The notes under the pieces were generated by a model. That model made no database searches, was not told where the DNA came from, and worked only from the letters and a program-made list of their open reading frames with translations. A stretch of 64,000 nucleotides of DNA from Felis catus (taxonomy: Eukaryota). The stretch covers positions 23,376,001-23,440,000 of the forward strand of contig NC_058383.1 in NCBI RefSeq assembly GCF_018350175.1. The letters are read 5' to 3'. This document shows, in pieces, positions 1-12,990 of the stretch. Positions within the stretch are counted from its first letter, which is position 1; every line of letters begins with the position of its first letter. The position numbers were made by a program, and so were the translations under genes.

Positions 1-81
1 TGTCTTGTCTGTCTGTCTGTCTCTCTCTCAAAAATAAACAATTTTTAAAAACTTTTTTTTTTCTAAGTTAAAAAAAAAAAA
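1..81 (+). mobile_element. Can-SINE 3' end (cut by window start)
   Basis: (CT)n tract followed by caaaaataaaca and an A/T-rich tail, typical of the Can-SINE 3' end. Confidence 0.8.
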
Positions 82-1291
82 GAGTAGCTACTGTTTATGC
101 CAGCCCTCGCTCTAGGAACATTGACAGGAGAGCAGGGAGCACAGGACGCAGAGGGTCCAGTGGAAGATGCGGAAGACACAGGGACCTCTGGCCCACAACT
201 TGCAGGCCAGGGCAGGGATGCCCACCTGTGCCCTCAGAGGAAAACAGACTCTCTCAAGGAGACTTAGATAAGGAAAACAGTCTGCAGAGAGGCAGGCCAT
301 CACACCAGCATCTGACACCCTTGTTTAGCATCTATCTCCTCCTACCGGAATATAATCAGTGAGGGCAGGAATGCTTACATTTTTTTGTTTACTGGAATAT
401 CCTCGAACACCTAGCACAGAGTGGGTGTATCAGTCAGTTGTCCGGGAATGGCAGTGAAGAAGAGAAGTTAAGGGAGATTTCGTATTTTAATTTTCCTTCC
501 TTTCTTCCCTTCTCCCTGCCCCCATCCCTCCCTCCCTTCCTTCTTTCCTTCCTTCGAGTGTGAGATGCTCACACGTTCAAGGCTAGAGGGAAAGGGCTAA
601 GGAAGGAGAAGGGACAGAAAATAATGAGGAGACACATCCTACAGATGAGGCAGGAAGGAATGGAGCCCTCTCACCTCTTGGCTAAGCTCGTTCACCCAAC
701 AAACACCTCTTGTACGTCAACTGTGATGTCAGGACTTGCCGTCCACTCGCACCCACCTCCCTCTGTAGTGGGGAGTGGAAAACAGTACTCAGGCGCTGAA
801 AGAATGAAGTTGACCTCCCTGTTGTGACTGAGAAAGGCCTCCAACATATGCCAAGTTGGGAGAATGCCGAGTAGCACATTCTTGCTTTCGCGCACGCACA
901 CGTGTGTGTATGTGGGTGTTTATGTCACATAGAACATTCCGACAAGGAAGGAAAAGAAACTGCTCAGAGTGGTTGCTCCTTAGGGAGAGAAATGGGGAAG
1001 ATGGAGGTTTCTGGAACAAGACAGAGCTAACTCTGCATTGTCTACCATTTTGTTTTATCAACTATTTGGCCACATACGCTAACTACTGTTTGCAAAAGGA
1101 ACTTGTGATTCCATCCTTCAGCCATAACCACTGTTAACATTGTGGTGGATATTCTACTATTTTTTCCAAAGTACATAAACTTTTTTTATTCCCCACTAAA
1201 TACTAATGTTTTGTATCCCAGTTTTTGTTTTTTTTTCCAATATTTCACCATATGTTGGGGGCAGTTCCTCACATTATTAAAATAGACTTCT

Positions 1292-1543
1292 GGGGCGCCT
1301 GGGTGGCGCAGTCGGTTAAGCGTCCGACTTCAGCCAGGTCACGATCTCATGGTCCGTGAGTTCGAGCCCCGCATCAGGCTCTGGGCTGATGGCTCGGAGC
1401 CTGGAGCCTGCTTCTGATTCTGTGTCTCCCTCTCTCTCTGCCCCTCCCCCATTCATGCTCTGTCTCTCTCTGTCCCAAAAATAAATAAAAAACGTTGAAA
1501 AAAAAATTTTTTTTAAAAATAAATAAAAAATAAAAAAAATAAA
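1292..1543 (+). mobile_element. Young felid Can-SINE (SINEC_Fc-type), full length
   Basis: ggggcgcctgggtggcgcagtcggttaagcg head, B box gttcgagcccc, felid insert, A tail; TSD taaaatagacttctg at 1278-1292 and 1544-1558. Confidence 0.95.
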
Positions 1544-1674
1544 TAAAATAGACTTCTGATTATAATGGCCATGGTAGAGCTATCTCCTACTGCATTTAAT
1601 CAGACCCTTCTTGTTAGACATTGAGTTATTCTGAGTTTTCTAACCATTATAAATGATGCTGTAATAAACATCTT

Positions 1675-1902
1675 TTTTTTTTTTACGTTTATTTATTTTT
1701 GAGAGAGAGAGAGAGAGAGAGCACGCGCAAGCATGAGCAAGGTAGGGGCAGAGAGAGAGGGAGACACAGAATCTGAAGCGGGCTCCATCCAGGCTCCAAG
1801 CTGTCAGCACAGAGCCCAACGTGGGACTCAAACTCACAAACTGTGAGATCATGACCTGAGCCGAAGTCGGACGCTTAACCTACTGAGCCACCCAGGTGCC
1901 CC
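1675..1902 (-). mobile_element. Can-SINE
   Basis: Reverse-complement SINE body; TSD gtaataaacatctt at 1661-1674 and 1903-1916. Confidence 0.95.
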
Positions 1903-3399
1903 GTAATAAACATCTTGTATATCCATGTCAGATTACTTAATGAAAATTCTTTGATATGAAATTGCTGAAAGGCTAGATGTGTCTATTTTAATCTATATAA
2001 ACACAGAGAAAAATGTTTATGCTATATTTGGAGAAAGGCAAGATATAAAATAGTGTGACTCATCTTTGCTCAGCCACATGTGGGTGTGTCTGTGGGTGTA
2101 TGTGTATACACACGCACGATACACGTCTCACATACATACACAGATCTGTAGGATAGAGAAGGTTGAGAAGATGTATACCAAAATGTGAATTCTTTGCTGA
2201 GGGGGGTGGGATCTGGGGTGATTTTCACTTCTTGTTTCTATCCTCGAAAACGCCAGATCCCTCCTCCAGCACTGAGGCACTCCTCCAAGCTTCCAAGATA
2301 CGTTCCAGGAACTGTCCTCAGCTCTAGGAGTGGCCTCACCCACGTCACACATGCACTTCCAGGGGACATCTGCATCCAGTGACCGGTCAATGCCGGCATA
2401 CAAAGGCCTGGTGTCTTAATCCCAGCTCCCCAGCTCCCATGGGAGTGGCTGGGGCCTTTGTTGCGACTGTATCATAGCCCGATTTCTCTCTCTGACTAGC
2501 CCCACTTTCCAGGTGAGCCAACCCACAGCATCTGAAATGAAAACTTATTCATTTGGTAATGAGGAAAAGTTTCAATTTTAAAAAATCCTTATGAAATGCC
2601 CTACTTTTCTTGTTGTCGATTTTCCACTATGAAAAGTTGTCTGTTCTCCAAAGTGACCAACAAAATGCACTATGATATCTGTTGCCCTGGCTCATTCAGG
2701 GAAAGGCACTGAAGGCAATTAATCAATTAGTTGTTTTGTCTTCCAATAAATTCCCTTCCAGTGGTGCCTGACCCTGGCCAGCTGACATTTCCATAACCCG
2801 CTTGCCACCTTATGTGTGTTAAATGACTTCTTATTGTCCTAAACTTGGAGATTTTAATCTCATCTATTAAGCCAGCAGGCCCAGTAATTCCCTGAATGCA
2901 TTTTTATTGACTTTGTAAATCAGACTTCCCCACGTCAGGGACTGTGACCAGGAGAGAGGTGTTTGTCTGTGAAATTGGCTGGACACAGACCATTGACTGT
3001 GATGATAACTGGTGATTTGTGGGGCCAGATAGACAAGCCACATGCACTAAGCAGATTAAAATATAACAAAACAAAAAGGTTCTATTACCCAGGAATACTG
3101 GCAAAGGGCAGCAGGATGTTTGTGATAAAAGATAGAAAACAAACTAATTCCAAGTCTGGAAGGAAGCCCAAAACAGCGCTTTGCTCCCTCTTCGCTGAGT
3201 CAAAGAGAAAGTGTGGGGCTGCTAAACACAGCTAAGTAAACCAATTTCTGAAAGCCCTTTAGCAAAAGTCAGAGAAAGCTTGGGGTCTGCCCCGTATTCG
3301 TGATGTTGTACAAATCCTTGCCTCTTGTGGCAGGAACAGCTTACAAAAGGTGCAGTGACAACTTTAAACAGCTTCCAAGAACACTGTTCTGGTGGCTCC

Positions 3400-4070
3400 G
3401 TCCCACTGAGGATGAAATCTAAACGGTTCGGCCTTTGCCCACTGCTCTGACTTTATCCTTTGTCACTGTTCTCCTGCCCTATTGCCTTCTTGCTGTTATT
3501 CCAATAACACGAGCACTTTCTGCCCTCAGGGCCTTTGCACCTGCTGTTCCTTCTGCTCTTTTATCAGATTTCTCCATGTCCAGCTTGGACACTTGACTTA
3601 GGTCTCTGGAAAGATGTCACCTCCACACAGATGCTTCCCTGGTCACTCAATCTGAAATGTACCCCACCCCATCACTCTCAATTTCTCCATTCACTAGTGT
3701 TTTTATCCATTGTATTTATAGTGAACTGAGGTCATATTATTTATTATAGGCTTGTTGTTTATTTTAAACTGTAATCTTCCAGAGAACAGCATTTTTTTAA
3801 GTTTGTTTATTTATTTTGAGTGAGAGCGAGAGATCAGGGGAAGGACAGAGAGAGAGGGAGAGAGAATCCTAAGCAGGCTCCATGCTATTGCCCAACACTG
3901 GGCTCTATCACAAACCACGAGATCATGACCTGAGCTGAAATCAGGATTGGAAACTTAACTGACTGAGCCACCCAGGTGCCCCAAGAACAGGAATTCTTGT
4001 GTTTTGTTCACTGCTGTATTCCCCGTGCCTGGAACAGTGCTCAAATATTTGTTGAGTGAGTAAGTTATGC
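3400..4070 (+). mobile_element. L2 3' fragment (interrupted by a SINE)
   Basis: cctcagggcctttgcacctgctgttccttctgc ... gtgcctggaacagtgctcaaatatttgttgagtgagt matches the L2 3' end. Confidence 0.75.
3792..3982 (-). mobile_element. Can-SINE
   Basis: Ends gactgagccacccaggtgcccc; flanked by agaacag on both sides. Confidence 0.9.
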
Positions 4071-4271
4071 ATTCTATCTCCTTTTATCTTCATCTAAAGG
4101 GCCTAATTTATTCATTTATTTATTTAACAAAACCTACAATAAGCCAGGCACTGTGCCAACTGCTGGTTCTTATATGGATATGTTCATATATACATATGTG
4201 ATACATATGAAATTCTAATCCACTATCAAAATTTAAGATGCAACTTAGCAACAGTGTCTGTACTGTTAATG

Positions 4272-4273
<2 letters not shown>

Positions 4274-4317
<44 letters not shown>
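4274..4317. repeat. (GT)n microsatellite
   Basis: Pure GT run. Confidence 0.95.
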
Positions 4318-4319
<2 letters not shown>

Positions 4320-4417
4320 CTCTTCTAGAGTAAACTGGGAGATTATTATGTTGTGACTGGTTTCTAGCCAGTGGGATGTGCACTTAAGTGATGCATACAT
4401 TTTCCAAGAGTCTAGAC

Positions 4418-4831
4418 CAGTGCTGTCTGGCAAAAATATAGTGGGAGCCACATCTAGGATTTTGAATTTTCTAGTAAGCATATTTTTTAAAAGTAAAAAG
4501 AAACAGTTTATGTTAACTTTAAGGATATATTTGATTTAACCTAACATATCCCAAATGTTATCACTTCAACATGTAATCATTATTTTTAAATTATCAATGA
4601 GATATTTTACATTCTTTCTTCCCCACTGAGTCTTCAAACTCTAATGGCTCTTTTGCACCCACAGCACATCTCAGTAAAGACACTAAATTTTCATCAGAAG
4701 CAGATGATCTGTATTTAGATTTCATAAATTCAGGTGAAAAAAGTATATTCAGATAGCCCAGTAGTTCCAAACTTACCTAAAAGTTTTCCAATAACTGAAC
4801 AAAGTATCAATTTTTTTAAGTTTTTATTTAT

Positions 4832-4895
<64 letters not shown>

Positions 4896-5167
4896 TAAGA
4901 AAGCAGGGGAGGGACAGAGAGAGAAACAGAATTCCTAGCAGGCTTCGCACTGTGGGTGCAGAGCCCCATGCAAGGCTTGAACTCACGAACCTCGAGATCA
5001 TGACCCAAGCTGAAGTCAGATGCTTAACCAACTGAGTCACTCAGGCGCCCCATCAATTTTTAGTTTACATTTAGACGAATTAAAATTAAATATAAAATTC
5101 ACTTCCTCAGTATCACTAGCCACCTTTCAGGTGCTCAATAGCCATGGTAGTGGCTACTGTGATGGAT
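4418..5167 (+). mobile_element. hAT-Charlie non-autonomous element (MER33/Charlie5-like)
   Basis: Starts cagtgctgtc...gagccacat...aattttctagta...aaagtaaaaagaaacag; ends ctagccacctttcaggtgctcaatagccatggtagtggctac. Confidence 0.8.
4816..5051 (-). mobile_element. Can-SINE with long (GA)n, inserted in the hAT element
   Basis: TSD atcaattttt at 4806-4815 and 5052-5061. Confidence 0.93.
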
Positions 5168-5472
5168 CCTAAAAAGGTTGGGCATACACTGCCCGTGCTT
5201 TCCCTCTTCCCACTGACTGGGAGGCCGTAACAACCAGAAGTTCGACTTGGACCCAGAGATGGAAGCCATGTGGTTGGTGTTGACAAAACCAACCTCCCCA
5301 CCTGTAGACAGTTATGTGAAAAAGAAAGAAACTTCCATTCTATTGAAGGCTCCGTATTTTTAGGTCCCTTTGTTATGACAGCTGAGCCTATATCCTAACT
5401 GATAATACATCTACTGGAGGTTTCCCATACCTCCTGGTCCTAGCTTTACTTCTAAAAACATTAACTATTATT

Positions 5473-5694
5473 TTTTTTAATGTTTGTTTATTTTGAGAGA
5501 GAGAGAGAGAGAGAGAGATTGACAGAACATGAGCAGGGGAAGGACACAGAGAGAGGGAGACACAGAATCTGAAGCAGGCTCCAGGCTCAGAGCTGTCAGC
5601 ATAGAGCCTGACACGGGGCTCGAACTCACAAACCCTGAGATCATGACCTGAGCCGAAGTCGGATGTTTAACCGAGTGAGCCACCCAGGGGCCCC
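5473..5694 (-). mobile_element. Can-SINE (felid-type)
   Basis: Full body; near-TSD aaacattaa(c/t)tattatt on both sides. Confidence 0.93.
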
Positions 5695-5875
5695 AATAAA
5701 CATTAATTATTATTAACAATACCATCAGTATTAGTATGTCTCAGTTATATTTTCCTTGGGGCATTACATCAAGCACTCCTCAATATCTCAGCCTGTTATG
5801 TCAGCAAATTTCCAACTTTGGGCTCCAGGGGGAGCTCAGGGTGGGCAGAGATTACCTAGCTCAGGCTCCACCACT

Positions 5876-6672
5876 GTGATGGTTAAGTTTAAGCATCAAC
5901 TTGACCGGGCCTCAAGATGCCCCGACGTTTGATCAAGTGTTATTCTGAGTGTGATATTTTGCACAGGTGTTTCTGGATGAGATTAACATTTGAATCCGCA
6001 GAATGAGAAAAGTAGATTCTCCTCCCTAATGTTGGTGGGCCTCGTCCAATCAGTTGAAGGTCTGAATAGAACAAAAGGGCTGACCAGTTAAGAGGGAACT
6101 CCTCTTGCCTGCCTGACCACTGACCTGGGATCTTGGTTCTTTCCTGTCTTCAGACTGAAACATTGGCTCTTTCTGGATCTCAACCCTGCCAGCATTTGGA
6201 TGATTGTTGCAGCCTGAGCTTTACTGGCTAAAGCCTCCAGCTGGCTGATTACAGAGACTCATCAGCCTCTGTAATCATGTGAGTCAATTATTCGTTATAA
6301 TAAATCAATCTCTCTGACTCTCTCTGTCTCTCTGAGAGAGGGTTCTATTCCTTCCTGCTTCATCTGGAAGATGTGTCTCTTCATTATTTTCCACCTCTAC
6401 TTCTTCCCTGAACTTTTCCCTTTGGGGGAGGGGTGGGGAGACAGACAGAGAAAGAGGAAGGGAAGGTGGGAGGGAGGGAGAGAGGGAGGGAGAGAGGGAA
6501 AGAGAAAGAGAAGGAGATAAGGAGAGCGGGGTAGACAAAGGGAAGGAGGGAGGGAGAGAAGAAGAGAGGGAGGGAAGGAGAAAGAGGGAGAGAGGAGGAG
6601 AAGGAAAGAGAGAAGTTTCAAGAAAAAGAGATCTTATTGGTTCTGTTTCTCAGGAGAACCCTGACCAATGTA
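5876..6672 (+). mobile_element. MLT2 (ERVL) solo LTR with an internal low-complexity insert
   Basis: Starts tgtgatggttaag...caacttgac; internal ccaatcagttgaaggtctgaatagaacaaaa; ends ttattggttctgtttctcaggagaaccctgac. Confidence 0.85.
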
Positions 6673-7949
6673 ACCACTAACTGGCTGTGCCTCAGTTTCC
6701 TCGTCTGAAAAATGGGAGATATGACCATCCTCTACTGTCAGTTATTCTTGTTATTTTATTATCACAACACAAGGACTGCCGGGAGGGGGGGGGGTGGGGA
6801 ATAAGTTGCACAAGCATGTACGGGGGCATTTCAAATTTAAGGTCTCCGGCTGTGTTTGGCCCTCAGCACGCAGAGCAAGGCTTTTACACCTCCCTCTCCT
6901 GCTGCCCTCAGCAGCTGGGGTGCTTCACACTCACATTACCACCTCCTCTTGCCCCTTAAATTAGCCCAATCCTCTTGGATTGGACCCTGCCTTCCATTTC
7001 AGAGAGAAAATGATGGCTTCCAGGCATGAACTTGTTAATTAATTTTGTTTCATCTGTTCCTGCTTTTGATCTTGTGCTCTCTCTGTCTCTCTCTCTCTCT
7101 CCTCAGGGACATCCACTCCACATTAACTTTTCTCTCTTTCCTAGACTCCTAGCCTCAGAAGTCATGCCTGGGGCCATCTTAGTCTTAAAAGCTTCCCACC
7201 ATCCAGCGTCCAGCATCTTCCTAGCACCCTGTTGTCCTCCCTCGGTCCCTGCCAGACTTCCTGCCCCTGCCTTTCACGTACTTACTAGCACTCCCTCAGG
7301 AGGAGCTAAGGAAAGGGAAGAAGCCAGGCAGATTGCTGGGGAAGATTCCAGACAGAGGATCAAAGTGCACGGGCTCCAAGGCAAGAGTATGCTTGGAATG
7401 GTCGAGGAACATCAAAGCCAGTGTGGAGAGTGAGCAAAGGGGCGAGTGATGGGGGTGGGGGGTGAAATCAGGGCACAAGGTGCGCCTACACAGGGTGGAG
7501 GGTTGGCTGTGGCTCTGAAAAAAGTGGAGAGCTGTTGACGGCTGTTGAGCAGAGAAGTCACGTACTCCCAGCTACATCTGAAAAGGCTCCTTTTGCAGAG
7601 AAGCAAGAGCAGAGACAGGAGACCCATCACAAGGCAAGTACAATAAGCCAAGCAAGACAAGAGGCAGCTCAACCAGAAAGGAAGCGTCAGAGGCAGTGGG
7701 AGACGCTGTCCCACTCTGGCTGTGTTGTGAAGGCAGGGCCCGGGGAATCTGCCGCATCTGCTGGTGTTTCTTCGGGTGAGGATTACAGGAGAGAGAGAGG
7801 CATGCAGGATGCCCCCAAGCTTTGTCCTTTCTCACCTGCCCCGGCCACCTGCCCTCCCTTCCAGGGCTGTCACAGGGCCTCACATTTACAAGGGCCTCAC
7901 ATTTAGAATTCTGGCCTAAACCCATTCCCCAAATTGCAAAGGTAAGTAC

Positions 7950-8260
7950 GTAAAATAATGATGGCAGGAAGATGCGAGAGAGATGTAGTGAAAAGCAAGT
8001 CAAAGTCCTGTCCGTCACCGCTGGCAGTCGGTAGATCCTGGATAGCGTCCGCGTTAATAAACTAAGAAACGGCAGTTTTTGCATATTATTTAGAGATATG
8101 GAGGTGACCACCAGAAGAAATAGTTTAAAAGGGTTAAAACCGGTTGCTTCTGAGAAACAGGATTTCGGGCGGGAAGCAGGAGGACAAAGACTAGTGTTTT
8201 TCATTAAAATCTATTTTGTACTGTTTCTTGGTTTCTTTCTCTTTTTTTTAAACAATGAAC
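7950..8260 (+). mobile_element. Old L1M (L1MC-like) 3' UTR fragment
   Basis: gcatattatttagagatatggaggtgaccaccagaagaa ... ggttgcttctgag resembles L1MC 3' ends. Confidence 0.55.
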
Positions 8261-9627
8261 ATGCACTCTTCCATGCTAGTATTCTTTAGCACAAGACTTA
8301 TTACATCCTCTTGTGTTCAACCGGTGGTTACATTTCTTTATTTGTTTGGGTTTAAAAAAATTCCCTGTATTGGCATTATAATGTTGATCTTGCTATAAAT
8401 TTTTTAAAGAGCTTCAGCAAAACAGAAATGCTTTAGCTCCCCAATGACACTGCCTGTAAACACCGTTTATAAGCTTGTTTCCCACAACATTTTGAATGAA
8501 ATAGCTTAGTATTTCAGATCAAATGAGCTGTTTGCATGTTTGGGGTTTTCTTTGACATAGATCATGGCACATCTGTGTGTGTTTTATTTACAGCTACAAC
8601 TTGGAAGCTATCGCAGAGAGCTAACTGGCATTGTTTCCAATTATTAAGCTGCTGGTTAAATATCCATGCAAAACAAAGCCAATCTTGGCTGCTTCCATGT
8701 TGCCTAAGTCCGAGGTGAGGACTAGATGGCTTTTGCAGTCTGGACCGAAACTCTCTTTCCTACATCAACCGACAACCCCGATTCCCCCTTTGCACCCTCC
8801 TCCTCCCCACCTTCCTTCTAGATATTCGCCACCCCGGACAGCAAGCACCTGCCAGCCTATGTGCTAATGCCTGTGCGGGTTTGCTCTGCCAGGTGATCTC
8901 TTCTTTCAAGGACTAACTCGAACATGACCTAGTCAGGCACCTGTCTTTCTACTGCTAGGCCTATTGCCATGGCCCCCAGAGCAGACTGGTTTCCTAAGCT
9001 TGTCTTCTTATCAGGCTTTAGACCCTTGGAAATTTTGGTGACCGTCACCTACCTACGCCCTCTCTGCAGGCTGCCTGCTGAGCGGGAAGCTCTGAGCTCC
9101 GCTGTCTGCGCCGCCCCTGCAGGTGAACATTCATGCTTTCACGCATTCACACATTCTACAAACCTTCATGGGACACCTCTGGTTCTGTAGGCACTGTGCT
9201 AAGCATTAGGAGCACCATAGCGGGCATGGGGCCCAAGACACCATCTAATGGGAAAAAGGGGGCAGTGAAACAAGAAATGACAAGTGTCATGGGTGCTTGA
9301 AAAGAAGATGTTCAGCATGCTGGGAGAATATATATAAATAAGGATGACTAAATGGGGGAGCAGAGAGAGTTGAAAGGGAAGTGACGTTTGAGCTGGTACC
9401 TCAACTCTGTGCAGCAGTTTGTCAGGCAAGGTGGGCAGGGGGGATGGAGGAAGAAGTGTGTCCCAGCAAAGAGGACAGCAAGTGCAGGAGTCCTGGAGGG
9501 CTGGGGACAGAGTGAGTGGACTTGAGTGGCACAAGCACAAGGGGGCGGAGGCAGCAGAAGACAGAGAGGTACACAAAGCCAGCTCATCAGAGGCCTTGCA
9601 AGTCAGTTCCCTTGCAAGGAGGTTGGA

Positions 9628-10737
<1,110 letters not shown>

Positions 10738-10980
10738 TTCTAAAGCAACAGGGAGTCGTGGAAGGGTTGCAAGCAATTGCAGGGAGAGGGGGCCTACATG
10801 ATCCAAGCAATGTTTTCTTATTACTTTTTGATTTTCAAGTTGTCAAATCTTACCGAATGTTTACAGAACTGTTTCCTGACATGGATGCTTTTTCTGATGT
10901 CCTTGTGGATATTCGTGTTTATTAATAATTTTAATTACAAAGTAACCTGTAAATATTATAACGGAAATTGTTATAAATTT

Positions 10981-11086
10981 TAATTTAGTTTATTTTAAGT
11001 AGGCTCCACACCCATTGTGGGGCTTAAACTCATGACCCTGAGATCAAGAGTCATATGCTCTATCGACTAAGCCAGCCAGGTACCCC
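10981..11086 (-). mobile_element. Short Can-SINE variant (no CT tract)
   Basis: taagtaggctccacacc...gagatcaagagtc...ccagccaggtacccc; ttataaatttt on both flanks. Confidence 0.85.
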
Positions 11087-11516
11087 TCTTATAAATTTTT
11101 TAAATTGTCTTATGACATTAATTATAGGTATTATAACAGAAAATACTGAAAGGAGGAATATAAACATCACCCTGAGGTTCGCTGACAGGAGACAACCAGT
11201 ATCTCTTCCTGGGCACAGATGCACAGACCAACATGAACCCGTGTTATCAACGTAGCATCATTCCATGTGTAATTCATTTTGCAATCTACTTTTGTCACTT
11301 AACAAATATCATCATCATCATTTTGTCATTGAGCATGTTATTCAAAAACTTCATACTGGGAATGTTCATATGGAATTCTATTTATTGTGCGTTTTCCTCC
11401 CTCACATAGTAATTCTTAATTCAGAAAAAAAGAAAAGTCCCAAGCACAAAAGTCAGTTATAAACAGGTAAATATTTTAGTGAATGTCCTTTCTTTTATTT
11501 CCTATACATCTGTTAA

Positions 11517-11518
11517 TT

Positions 11519-11570
<52 letters not shown>

Positions 11571-11768
11571 TTTTTTTTTTTCCACTGTTTATTTATTTTG
11601 AAAGAGAGAGTGCAACTGGGGGATGGGCAGAGAGAGAGAATCCCAAGCAGGCTATGCGCTGTCAGGGCAGAGCCCCATGCGGGGCTCAGTTTCACAAATC
11701 CACGAGATCACAAACTGTGTCAAGGTCAAGAATTGGGTACTCAACCTACTAAGCTACCCAGGCACCCC
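11517..11768 (-). mobile_element. Can-SINE with (TTTC)n tail
   Basis: SINE body ending acccaggcacccc; tacatct on both flanks. Confidence 0.9.
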
Positions 11769-12760
11769 TACATCTAAGAAGAACTCGGGTTTTTTTTGTT
11801 TTTGTTTTTGTTTTTCTTTTTTAGAATGCGGGAGAAAAACACATTTGTCCTAGAAATAAACTTTGTAGTTATCATTTTGTAGCTGCTTTTCTTTTAGCAG
11901 TATGTTGTACACGTGTTTACATGTTTGATAAATATCTCTACACGGAGCTGGAAGATGCTGGATGTCTACCTTCCACTTTGATCAAGAGTCAGGCTTATCA
12001 AACCTCTCTCATTGCTCTCACCTCGAGAGCTCTCACTGCTAACAGTCACTCTTCCCAGTTCTCAGGCCTGAAATCAGTAGGAAAAAATGCCCCTTTGTCT
12101 TAAGTGGCATCTCAAGAACTCCACCGTGGATACCTGGTTCCTACAGCCCTGCCGAATGCTAGTGATCACTGCATGAATCCCCAGTGACACTTGAGTGACC
12201 CCCCTCCCAGGGATAATTTGCTTCTCCCTCTACTAGGTGTCCATTTGAGTTTGTGCGTTTCTCAATTCCACTCTTATCATATTGTACAAAAGTTAGTTTT
12301 CCCTATTTCCTTAGTTATTCCTGTTTAAGGAAAAAGGTTTTATTAACACCCTACTATACACTGCTACTGAGGGTACCGTGCAGGCTGATGTCAAAATAAT
12401 CAGGTTATGGTCTCAAGGAGTCTGCAAGCCATGTGCGCACGGAGAATACAGAGAAAAGCAAACAAATGTAATACTGGGTAACAGGCATTTGCTCAGGTGT
12501 TGAAGTTGGAGCATTAGATATTATGGCAGGAAATAAGAGGAGCGTCAGCAGGGGGCAGTTACAGGGTAGTCAGGGAAAGCTTCCTGGAAGAAAGGACAGC
12601 TCTGTTGAGACTGCTCTTCCCAAAGTAATTAACAACTGTCTAATTGCCTCTTTTCAACCCAATGGCCTCTCTTCAGTCTTCATTCTGCATGATTTCTCTG
12701 CAGGACTTGACAATGTCCACTGCCCACCACCTCATTCGTTCATTTATTTGCCAAATATTT

Positions 12761-12981
12761 TTTTTTTTAATTTTTTTTTCAATGTTTTTTATTTTTGGGA
12801 CAGAGAGAAACAGAGCATGAACAGGGAAGGGGCAGAGAGAGAGGGAGACACAGCATCGGAAACAGGCTCCAGGCTCCGAGCCATCAGCCCAGAGCCTGAC
12901 GCGGGGCTCGAACTCACGGACCGCAAGATCGTGACCTGGCTGAAGTCGGACGCTTAACCGACTGCGCCACCCAGGCGCCCC
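12761..12981 (-). mobile_element. Young felid Can-SINE
   Basis: CpG-rich, near-consensus; TSD ccaaatattt at 12751 and 12982. Confidence 0.95.
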
Positions 12982-12990
12982 CCAAATATT

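Larger units (their letters stand above)
4330..5409 (+). mobile_element. MLT1 (MaLR) solo LTR, interrupted by a hAT element
   Basis: tgtgactggtttctagccagtgggatgtg upstream; ends ttgttatgacagctgagcctatatcctaactgataataca, an MLT1J-like terminus. Confidence 0.65.

Noticed and set aside
1292..1365. tRNA-like A and B boxes
   Set aside because: These are the tRNA-derived heads of Can-SINEs, not tRNA genes; the same applies throughout the window
7572..8204. 210-aa minus-strand ORF
   Set aside because: Largely antisense to an old L1 3' UTR; no recognisable protein
10854..10946. Minus-strand acceptor/donor pair (93 nt)
   Set aside because: Stops in all three frames, poor pyrimidine tract, and it overlaps a probable old L1 tail
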